From: an uncultured Methanosarcinales archaeon
GTDB taxonomy: Archaea > Nanobdellota > Nanobdellia > Woesearchaeales > ARS49
DNA: 64,000 nt
Direction of reading: 5' to 3'
NCBI GenBank assembly: GCA_964637115.1
Contig: CAZWVL010000001.1
Coordinates: 64,001-128,000 of the forward strand
Positions 56,558 through 64,000 of the stretch are shown piece after piece. The number at the start of each line of letters is the position of its first letter. The stretch's first letter is position 1. The position numbers and the translations under genes are program-made. A model generated the notes under the pieces. It was not told the origin of the DNA and ran no database searches. It worked only from the letters and a program-made list of their open reading frames with translations.

Positions 56558-57091
56558 ATGGAAATATCTGATGCAGTACAAGAAGCCATAGAGGCAAATA
56601 AAGGTTTTGTAGTCATTCTTGCTGGCTCGAACAGCGACCAAGGCCATATAGACAAAGTTGCTGCTGCACTAACGAAATATCAACTTCCTCATCAAGTCAG
56701 AATATGCTCGGCCCACAAGCAACCTGAAGCTCTGCAGGGGCTGATAGAAGATTATGACTTTATTGAAGGTGCGCTTGCATATGTCGCGATTGCTGGAGGC
56801 ACTGATGCATTATCTGGCGGAAGTTCATTCAACTCAATACGCCCTGTCATCAGCAACCCGCCAGACGCTCCAAACGACAGCTGTCTCACAAACCCGCCCG
56901 GAAGTTCGAACAGTTATGTCACACGAGCGGATAACGCGGCACGATTCATTGCACAAATGTTCTCACACCTTCCAGGTACCCCTTATGCAGATATTCTTCG
57001 TGAAGAAATCAAAGACAAAATCAAAAAGCTGGAAGACGCAGACAGAAAATTCAGCGTTTTTCCATACGTACCACCAGAGGTGAAAAAATGA
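56558..57091 (+). CDS. purE: AIR carboxylase PurE, class II-like
   Basis: VILAGSNSD, CSAHKQPE, IAGGTDAL, PVISNPP; ATG 56558 follows SD ggggtgg. Confidence 0.85.
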   Translation: MEISDAVQEAIEANKGFVVILAGSNSDQGHIDKVAAALTKYQLPHQVRICSAHKQPEALQGLIEDYDFIEGALAYVAIAGGTDALSGGSSFNSIRPVISNPPDAPNDSCLTNPPGSSNSYVTRADNAARFIAQMFSHLPGTPYADILREEIKDKIKKLEDADRKFSVFPYVPPEVKK

Positions 57092-58215
57092 ACTACCTGC
57101 GAGTTGTTGAAAACGAAACAAGTGTAAAATCGCTCGGAGTTATTAAAGAGCCAACTGATACAGAAACCGGCGTCTTTGATTTCATATACCGCGACGATTT
57201 CTACAGCATACAAGATTGGGGAAAAATGCCCATACCAGAAGGCGCTACATTAGACAATCGGCCTGTGGCGGTTGTGGCTGCCTTCAATTTTGAAATGATT
57301 CGAGACCTTGGATTTCCAGTTGCATATCTCGGAACTGTTGGAAACGATGGGGAAGCACGCAGTTTTAACGAATTTAAGGCAATGGGAGAAATTCCAAACA
57401 AGCTCCGCCTCAAAATGGTTCACAGAATAAAGCCAGACTACAAGGAAGGAGTCTATGATTATGGCAAATTCAAAAATCCCGGAGTCCAGCACTACGTCAT
57501 TCCATTAGAATTCATCTGGAGAGCAGAAGCAGGACCTGACAGCAGTTTTTGGACACACATAAAGGACAACGATTACAAATTATCAGACTTCGGGCTTCCT
57601 GAGGATTTGAAACCCGGAGATAGGCTCCCCTTTCCAGTCCTAGACCATTCGAGCAAGTATGAAGACCACGACAGATATTTCTCAGGAGCTGTGGCAAAAG
57701 AATTGGCCGGGTTAAGCGCTGGCCAATGGGGATACCTGAACGACATGCGCTTGATAATCAATCACAGGCTAAGCCATCACGCATCACAAATAGGCATCAA
57801 AAGGCCAGACGGAAAACAAGAATTCCTGAGCAATCTGGAACTCGGAGACGTTGCAGGCACTTGGCACGAAGACAGATTTGAATACCAAACAAAAAGCGGA
57901 ATAATGGTAAAGGTCAGCAAACAAACTCCAAGAGATTACAACGCACTGCGCAACCCAGAATGGGCAAAACAATGCAAAGAACTGAAAAAACAAGCGGAAA
58001 GAGAAGGATTCACAGACTGGAGGCAAAGAGTAACTGTAAAACCGGAACCACTTGAGCCAGAATTCTTCAAACAATACAACAACTTGATGTATGCTGCAAC
58101 AAACGCGTGGGTTGGCTGGAGCATTTTCCCAGGCGCGTCAAACTTGGAAGAAGCCTGTGTTGAAGCTGACAAGTACCTGAAAGATTATAAGATGAGGCTG
58201 CAGAAACCTGCATAA
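57088..58215 (+). CDS. purC: SAICAR synthetase PurC (long Vibrio-like type)
   Basis: YSIQDWGKMP, IPLEFIWR, SSKYEDHDRY, DGKQEF, DVAGTWHEDRF, SKQ..RDY; ATGA overlap with purE. Confidence 0.88.
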   Translation: MNYLRVVENETSVKSLGVIKEPTDTETGVFDFIYRDDFYSIQDWGKMPIPEGATLDNRPVAVVAAFNFEMIRDLGFPVAYLGTVGNDGEARSFNEFKAMGEIPNKLRLKMVHRIKPDYKEGVYDYGKFKNPGVQHYVIPLEFIWRAEAGPDSSFWTHIKDNDYKLSDFGLPEDLKPGDRLPFPVLDHSSKYEDHDRYFSGAVAKELAGLSAGQWGYLNDMRLIINHRLSHHASQIGIKRPDGKQEFLSNLELGDVAGTWHEDRFEYQTKSGIMVKVSKQTPRDYNALRNPEWAKQCKELKKQAEREGFTDWRQRVTVKPEPLEPEFFKQYNNLMYAATNAWVGWSIFPGASNLEEACVEADKYLKDYKMRLQKPA

Positions 58216-58302
58216 ATGGCAAAACAAATAATTCTGGAACCAGACAGAACATTTCAAACGGAAAAAAGCGAGACAAATTGATAACATATTACGGGTGAGA
58301 AT

Positions 58303-59766
58303 ATGAGCGATCCATACGAAGAAAGATACACGAGCAAGGAAATGCAAGAGTTGCATTCTGACAAAGTGAAGTATGGCACGTGGAGGCGGCTCTGGGTATC
58401 TGTTGCTAAAGTACAAAAAGAAATGGGGCTCGCAGACAAAGCAACTGGAAAACCAATAATTACTGATGAGATGATTTCTGAACTTGAAGCAAATGTCAGT
58501 AATCTCAATGTTGAACGTGCCAAAGAGATAGAGAAGAAAACAAAACACGACGTTATGGCTCATATCAAGGCGTTCAAAGAGCAATGTCCTACAGCAGGCG
58601 GCATACTTCATCTTGCCTTAACGAGCAGGGCAATAACGGACAACCAAGAACTGTATATGATTCGTGAGTCTATGAATCTTGTGCGCAAAAAACTTGTCAA
58701 CGCAATTGACTATATGGCGAAAAGTGCAACGGAGTATTCCGGCATAATGACGCTTGCCTTTACACACTTTCAGCCAGCCCAAGCAACAGTTGTGGGAAGA
58801 AGATTAGCAATGCATGGAGAAGAACTGCTGCTGGCCCTTGATGATCTTGAATACAGAATTGACAATCTTCCGCTCAGAGGCGTTGCAGGAACCGTCGGAA
58901 CTCATACTGATATGCTCTCATTATTTGACGGTGATTATGAAAAAGTCAAGAAACTAGAGGAAAAATTCGCGAAAGACCTCGGTTTCAACAAAGTTTTGCA
59001 GTGCACAGGGCAAACTTATCACCGAATGATAGACTACCAAGTCGGAAGCACTCTATTCAACATAGGCATAGCCGCGCGCAGGTTTGCAACAACCATACGG
59101 CTGTTGCAAGGACTCGAGGAGATGGAAGAACCATTCGCAGAGACGCAGGTTGGCTCAACAGCAATGCCGTGGAAACGAAATCCGAAAAATGCAGAACGGA
59201 TGTCAGGACTTGTATATTGTCTTGACAGCGCCGTGAATGCATTAGGACAAGTGGCCGCAAACCAATGGCTAGAAGGCAGTGTAGAAGACTCCTCTCCGCG
59301 ACGAATCAAGATTCGAGAAGAATTCTATGCCGTAGATGGGATACTTGATCTTTACATCGATATTGCCAGAGGCGTGAAAGTATATAATGAAATGATTTCT
59401 GCGCATGTAAGAGATAAGCTTCCACTGATAGCAACGAATACTTTCATGATGGAAGCCGTAAAAAAAGGAGGCGACAGTCAACAGTTACACGGAGTCGACC
59501 GTCAACAGTTACACGAGTTTTTCAGAGAACACGCGCACGCATCCACCACACAGTATCGTGCAGGAGGAAAAAATGACTTCCTTGAACGCATTGCAAACGA
59601 CCAGCGAATCAACCTCACTAAAGATGAAATTGAGTCAATGCTCAAGAATCCGGCATTGTTTGTTGGAGATGCAATCGAACAGACAAACGATTTCGTTAAT
59701 GCTGCTGCCAAACGAACTCAGCCGTACAAATCAATGCTTGGTTACGTGCCAAACGTAGAGGTGTAA
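58303..59766 (+). CDS. purB: Adenylosuccinate lyase
   Basis: HDVMAH, LTSRAITDN, FTHFQPAQ, GSTAMPWKRNP signature. Confidence 0.95.
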   Translation: MSDPYEERYTSKEMQELHSDKVKYGTWRRLWVSVAKVQKEMGLADKATGKPIITDEMISELEANVSNLNVERAKEIEKKTKHDVMAHIKAFKEQCPTAGGILHLALTSRAITDNQELYMIRESMNLVRKKLVNAIDYMAKSATEYSGIMTLAFTHFQPAQATVVGRRLAMHGEELLLALDDLEYRIDNLPLRGVAGTVGTHTDMLSLFDGDYEKVKKLEEKFAKDLGFNKVLQCTGQTYHRMIDYQVGSTLFNIGIAARRFATTIRLLQGLEEMEEPFAETQVGSTAMPWKRNPKNAERMSGLVYCLDSAVNALGQVAANQWLEGSVEDSSPRRIKIREEFYAVDGILDLYIDIARGVKVYNEMISAHVRDKLPLIATNTFMMEAVKKGGDSQQLHGVDRQQLHEFFREHAHASTTQYRAGGKNDFLERIANDQRINLTKDEIESMLKNPALFVGDAIEQTNDFVNAAAKRTQPYKSMLGYVPNVEV

Positions 59767-59767
59767 C

Positions 59768-60949
59768 GTGTCAGACAAACCAAACGTGCTTGTGCTGTTT
59801 TACGACAAGAAGGACAAGGAAAGAATCATAACAGTAAATAGAGAGGGAACTCTGGTTGACGAACAGGCAGCAAAAAAAGCAGGCATAGATGTATTCCATA
59901 CAACGCTTGGATCTGAAATTGAAAGAGGCTTCAGCTACAGCGGAGTAAAGCCTACCATTCGTACAGCTTCGCCAAGCCATGAGCCGGCGCTCGTCAAAAT
60001 GATATTTAACAGGTACAAAGAAAATGATGGTGTAAGATATGACGGCATAATGGTTGTCGCGGGATTATCGTGCACGTTAGATATGCCAAAAATGATTCTT
60101 GATGAACTTTACAATTACGAAACAGTAAAAGCAGAGTCTGTAGATTTCAATCTGAAAGTCGAAATGAAATCCAATTACTACGGACAGCCGAAAAGGATTC
60201 CATTTATCGGCGTGCCAACAAAAGATGCAAGCTCGAATGGACACAGAGCTTTTTTCTCAATGATTGAAGCAAGCGGTCCAAGAGACACGGTATGCACAGG
60301 AGTTGAGCACGGATATGCTGCAGCAAAGCTCATGACAGGAATGCTCACCAACAAATGGGACTATGTTTCCATAATAGTTCCGAATATGACGGGAGGCTTA
60401 GGATATGATACCGGGCTTATTTTGAAGGCAGAGCTTGACAAATGGCTGAAGGATTTTTACCAGCCGCTTCAGGACCCTGTTGTGCAATTTGGTCTAACGT
60501 CATTCGATGACTTTGTAAGAGGACCAAAAAGAGAAGACTTAAGTGACTGGAAACCACCATCAAACATCCTGCCAGTGTGTATATACAGTGATATTTATGA
60601 ATTAAGAAAAATTAACGAGATGGCAAACTTCGTAGTTGGTGTTTCAGCTCTTGAAAGAAAGGTAAGCGACGAAGAATTCGTGAAAGAAACAACAGGATTG
60701 GATCGTGTTTTACACTCGCGAACACGGCACGGAGTAAATCCGGCGAATTTTATCGCAAAAATTTTGTCAATGCAGCCTTACGCTGTCCAGAGGTATGAGA
60801 TTAAACACAACGAGGTTACGGGAAAAACCGAAAAAATGCCCAAAGCGCCAGAAATATTATTGCTGAATCCAAACACATTCAGCAAAGCGCGCGCAGAAAA
60901 ATCAAGGCCGAACTTTGTGGAATATTTGGGAGACGAATTGGTGGCTTAA
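59768..60949 (+). CDS. Hypothetical protein with a degenerate PurE-like fold and C-terminal extension
   Basis: SPSHEP, GIMVVAGL, IPFIGVPT, FFSMIE, GYAAAKL..GML resemble class I PurE; a second NPANFIAKIL segment occurs near the C-terminus. Confidence 0.55.
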   Translation: MSDKPNVLVLFYDKKDKERIITVNREGTLVDEQAAKKAGIDVFHTTLGSEIERGFSYSGVKPTIRTASPSHEPALVKMIFNRYKENDGVRYDGIMVVAGLSCTLDMPKMILDELYNYETVKAESVDFNLKVEMKSNYYGQPKRIPFIGVPTKDASSNGHRAFFSMIEASGPRDTVCTGVEHGYAAAKLMTGMLTNKWDYVSIIVPNMTGGLGYDTGLILKAELDKWLKDFYQPLQDPVVQFGLTSFDDFVRGPKREDLSDWKPPSNILPVCIYSDIYELRKINEMANFVVGVSALERKVSDEEFVKETTGLDRVLHSRTRHGVNPANFIAKILSMQPYAVQRYEIKHNEVTGKTEKMPKAPEILLLNPNTFSKARAEKSRPNFVEYLGDELVA

Positions 60950-60950
60950 A

Positions 60951-62171
60951 ATGGCTGAACGCGGAACAGATATTTCAAAATTCAAGCGAGTGTATAGCAA
61001 ACGCAATGAAGGCGCATTTCCAAATGTCATGGCACTTATGCTTCAGAAAGAATGGGATTTGAAATATGGAGAAAATCCCAACCAGCACGCTGCCATTTAT
61101 TTCATGCAAAACGCCCGCACGATTGCTGAATTAACCAACTTGCAATATGTCCGCTCGGATGGCAAGGGCAAAGGCGGATTGTCATTAACTAATACGATGG
61201 ACATAACGCGCGCGATGGACAACCTGAAATGGTTTTCAGACCCTGCCTGCGTCATAATGAAGCACAATGTTGATGCAGCCTTCAAGAAAAAGAAGAAAGG
61301 AAGCAATGAAACACAAGACCAACTTTACAGAATTGTGCGCGACGTGGATAGAAGAAGCTGTTTTGGAGGAACTGCCGTTTTCAATAGTCCATTAGAAATG
61401 AGAACAGCGGATGCATTGTTTGAATTGTATAAACCAGAAGAAGGCAGCAGATACCGAATGGACGTCATCGCCGCTCCAGGATTTGAGGAAGGCGTTGTTG
61501 GCAAGATTGAGAAATATTCTAATGTCGTCCGCATAGCAGAATTTTCCGGCTGTGACAAACTTCCCAAATTTATCGGCGATGAAACTTACGGCCTTGTTTC
61601 AGTCAAGGAAATGCCAACAGGCAGAATTGGGGTTCAGGACATTTACTTAACCAGCATCAAAGGCGTTGAAAACCTTGTTTTAGACGCGATGATTGTAGAT
61701 AAAGATGGGAAAAAGCACGTTATTGAGCGCGACCCAACAAAACAAGAGCTTGACGACATGCTGACTGCCTGGTGGCTCAATATCACAGGCGCACGAAGCA
61801 ACGGCATTGTAATCGTGAAAGACGGAGTTACTGTTTCAGTTGGGTCAGGACAAGTTGAAAGAGTAGGCGCTGTTGAACAAGCCATTGTCAAAGGCATACA
61901 AAAAGCAATGGATCGAGAAGGTATTGAATACGACCCGTTATATGGAATACAAGGGTATGAGAAGCTCAATGAAAACCCATTAAAAGGAGCAGTGTGCTCT
62001 TCAGACGCATTCTTCCCCTTCCCTGATGCGGTTAAACTGCTCGGCAGAATGGGGATAACTGCAGTAATTCAGCCATTTGGCGCGGAAAATGATGCTTTAG
62101 TCATTGACGAAGCAAACAAATACAAAATGGCGATGACGGCGACAGGAGAACGATGCTTTGGGCACTGGTGA
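60951..62171 (+). CDS. purH: AICAR transformylase domain of PurH (stand-alone)
   Basis: LKYGENPNQHAA, IMKH, SNGIV, GSGQVERV, SDAFFPF, VIQP.G, ERCFGH; no N-terminal IMP cyclohydrolase domain; start moved to ATG 60951. Confidence 0.9.
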   Translation: MAERGTDISKFKRVYSKRNEGAFPNVMALMLQKEWDLKYGENPNQHAAIYFMQNARTIAELTNLQYVRSDGKGKGGLSLTNTMDITRAMDNLKWFSDPACVIMKHNVDAAFKKKKKGSNETQDQLYRIVRDVDRRSCFGGTAVFNSPLEMRTADALFELYKPEEGSRYRMDVIAAPGFEEGVVGKIEKYSNVVRIAEFSGCDKLPKFIGDETYGLVSVKEMPTGRIGVQDIYLTSIKGVENLVLDAMIVDKDGKKHVIERDPTKQELDDMLTAWWLNITGARSNGIVIVKDGVTVSVGSGQVERVGAVEQAIVKGIQKAMDREGIEYDPLYGIQGYEKLNENPLKGAVCSSDAFFPFPDAVKLLGRMGITAVIQPFGAENDALVIDEANKYKMAMTATGERCFGHW

Positions 62172-62175
62172 TTAA

Positions 62176-63756
62176 GTGAGAGACGAAATACTTGTTGTTG
62201 ATTATGGCGGACAGTATACGCAAAACATAGCCAGAAGAATACGCGAGCTTGGCGTTTATTCTCGTATTGTAAGCTGCAATAAGGTAACACCGCGCGACAT
62301 TCAACGGGCAAACGGCATCATCAACTCAGGAGGGCCAAAAAGCTGTATTGATCCAGATGCGCCGCACTATAACCCGCTACTGTTCTCAACAGACACGCCC
62401 TCTCTTGACATATGCTACGGCATGCAACTCAGGGCAAACATACTTCCCGGAGGAGAAGTTGTTCACGGAAAAAAACGTGAGTACGGCAGAAACCTGGTTA
62501 CAATTGTTGAGCGAAATGACCTGCTCTATAAAGGCCTTGAAAAAAGAATCCAAGCCTGGATGAGCCACGGAGACAAGGTAACCAAAGTGCCAGACGGATA
62601 TAGAGTAACGGCAAAAACAGAAAACGACATCATTGCAGCAATGTCTAACCCTGCGCTAAACAGTTACAGTGTGCAATTCCATCCAGAAGTCACGCACACG
62701 CCAGACGGCATGGACATTCTTGCAAACTTTGTGTATCGCATTGCCAAATGCAAAAAAGGAAGCTGGGATCTTGAAAAATATGTTAATAATATCCTGAATG
62801 ACATTGGAAAGAGTGTTAGAGGCAGAGATGTTATCATGTTTGCATCAGGCGGAGTTGACAGCACTGTTGCAGCAGCACTGCTTGCAAAAGCAAAAGAAAA
62901 AGGCAAAGATGTTGGCAGAGTATATGTCGTGCATATTGACAACGGACTAATGCGAACCAATGAAAGCAAGCGAGTTGTAGAATATTTGTCAAAATTAAAA
63001 GGAATGGAAAAAATAATCTTTGAAGATGAGTCTGATTATTTCCTAAATAAACTAAAGGGAGTAGTAAATCCAATCAGAAAGAGAGAGATCATAGGCGATG
63101 CTTTCATCGACGTTCAGCAAAAGATCATAAAAAGACTCAAGTTGTCAAAAAACACAATGCTATGCCAGGGAACGCTTTACACAGACCTAATCGAAAGCGG
63201 AAAAGGTGTTGGAACGCACGCATCAGTCATCAAAATACACCACAACGTAGCCTCTCCCTATGTACTCGCGAAGCGAAAACAGGGATTAATCGTAGAACCT
63301 CTCCGAGAACTCTTCAAAGACGAATCAAGACGCATTGGAAAATATCTTGGCATTCCTGAAGAAATTGTCTGGAGGCAACCATTCCCCGGACCTGGATTAG
63401 GCATCAGGGCTATTGGAAGACCGCTAACCAAAAAACGGCTTGATTCGCTCAGACACGCCACAGACATCCTTGAAGAAGAAATCAAAAAAGCGGGCCTTGA
63501 CAGGAAAATATGGCAATACTTCCCGGCGTTGCTGGGCACGAAAGCAGTTGGAGTTAAGGGAGATGCGGGCACTCATCAGGAAATCTGCGCCATAAGAGCA
63601 GTTACAAGCATAGACGGCATGACTGCAGACTGGTTCAGAATGCCACACCGAGTAATGGACGCAATTTCACGCAGAATCATGAATGAAGTTTCCGGCATTG
63701 GCAGGGTGTTATACGACGTTGGTTCAAAACCGCCGGAAACAATTGAGTTTGAATGA
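62176..63756 (+). CDS. guaA: GMP synthase (glutamine-hydrolysing)
   Basis: DYGGQYTQ, ICYGMQ, QFHPEV, SGGVDS, QGTLYTDLIES, IKIHHNV, PFPGPGL, KPPETIEFE. Confidence 0.97.
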   Translation: MRDEILVVDYGGQYTQNIARRIRELGVYSRIVSCNKVTPRDIQRANGIINSGGPKSCIDPDAPHYNPLLFSTDTPSLDICYGMQLRANILPGGEVVHGKKREYGRNLVTIVERNDLLYKGLEKRIQAWMSHGDKVTKVPDGYRVTAKTENDIIAAMSNPALNSYSVQFHPEVTHTPDGMDILANFVYRIAKCKKGSWDLEKYVNNILNDIGKSVRGRDVIMFASGGVDSTVAAALLAKAKEKGKDVGRVYVVHIDNGLMRTNESKRVVEYLSKLKGMEKIIFEDESDYFLNKLKGVVNPIRKREIIGDAFIDVQQKIIKRLKLSKNTMLCQGTLYTDLIESGKGVGTHASVIKIHHNVASPYVLAKRKQGLIVEPLRELFKDESRRIGKYLGIPEEIVWRQPFPGPGLGIRAIGRPLTKKRLDSLRHATDILEEEIKKAGLDRKIWQYFPALLGTKAVGVKGDAGTHQEICAIRAVTSIDGMTADWFRMPHRVMDAISRRIMNEVSGIGRVLYDVGSKPPETIEFE

Positions 63757-63765
63757 GGTGAAACA

Positions 63766-64000
63766 ATGGTACAAGACCAAATTGAAATCAAAAGAGCATT
63801 AATCAGCGTCAGCGATAAAAGCGGACTTGCAGATTTGTTGAAGAAATTAGATCCGCAGCGAAGAGGAATTGAGATTATTTCAAGCGGCGGCACGGCTGGT
63901 GCCATACGAAAACTCGGCTATACGGCAATCGATGTTGAAATTTACACCGGCTATCCGGAATCACCGGGTGGATATGTAAAAACGCTACAACCAAAAATCC
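63766..64000 (+). CDS. purH: IMP cyclohydrolase (MGS-like) domain of PurH, 3'-truncated (not in the ORF track)
   Basis: [21 protein letters not shown]...IISSGGTA...[19 protein letters not shown]; SD gaggtga upstream; open to the end of the window. Confidence 0.9.
   Translation, partial: MVQDQIEIKRALISVSDKSGLADLLKKLDPQRRGIEIISSGGTAGAIRKLGYTAIDVEIYTGYPESPGGYVKTLQPKI

Noticed and set aside
1-64000. Bacterial origin suggested by sigma factors, gpsA, fabH, dnaK and aroB
   Set aside because: BRE-TATA promoters, archaeal wHTH and Lhr-core proteins and S-layer-like giants dominate, and style is uniform across the window. Archaeal origin is preferred, but no ribosomal marker is in the window to prove it.
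1-64000. tRNA or rRNA genes
   Set aside because: Intergenic gaps are short and AT-rich, and I found no cloverleaf or T-loop GTTCRA context or rRNA-like tract.

Overview
This 64-kb window looks like chromosome from a DPANN-type archaeon, most likely Woesearchaeota/Nanobdellota. That is an inference from BRE-TATA promoters about 25 nt upstream of starts, an archaeal Lhr-core helicase, archaeal winged-helix regulators and giant S-layer-like surface proteins. From start to end it holds: (1) a 5'-truncated giant surface protein; (2) a HemN-like radical SAM enzyme and a Tat-lipoprotein HExxH peptidase; (3) grpE-dnaK-microprotein-dnaJ-PP2C; (4) a small sigma70-family gene divergent from a 7TM protein/wHTH pair; (5) an 11-kb three-gene locus that reads as an archaeal polymorphic toxin system, made of a 1996-aa membrane-anchored subtilisin/Cys-rich carrier ending in a cholera/pertussis-type R-S-E ADP-ribosyltransferase, a translationally coupled cytoplasmic orphan (candidate immunity) and a 1337-aa surface partner, with a gingipain (C25)-like fold apparently split between the two large proteins; (6) M50 protease, TPR protein and Lhr helicase; (7) a bacterial-type gpsA-fabH pair; (8) MFS, TPM, Hanks kinase-TPR, a knottin-tipped stalk protein, LemA, cupin, AroB, SOD, YjjX, LEA_2 and Nudix genes; (9) a 777-aa group 1/2 sigma70-like protein fused to an Xis-type HTH, with DNA-recognition residues intact but core-binding residues eroded; (10) an orphan-gene block; and (11) a de novo purine cluster (class II purE, purC, purB, a divergent PurE-fold gene, split purH around guaA) running off the end. 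I saw no rRNA, tRNA, CRISPR array, transposase or integrase. All family assignments come from motif recognition by eye; no database search was run.
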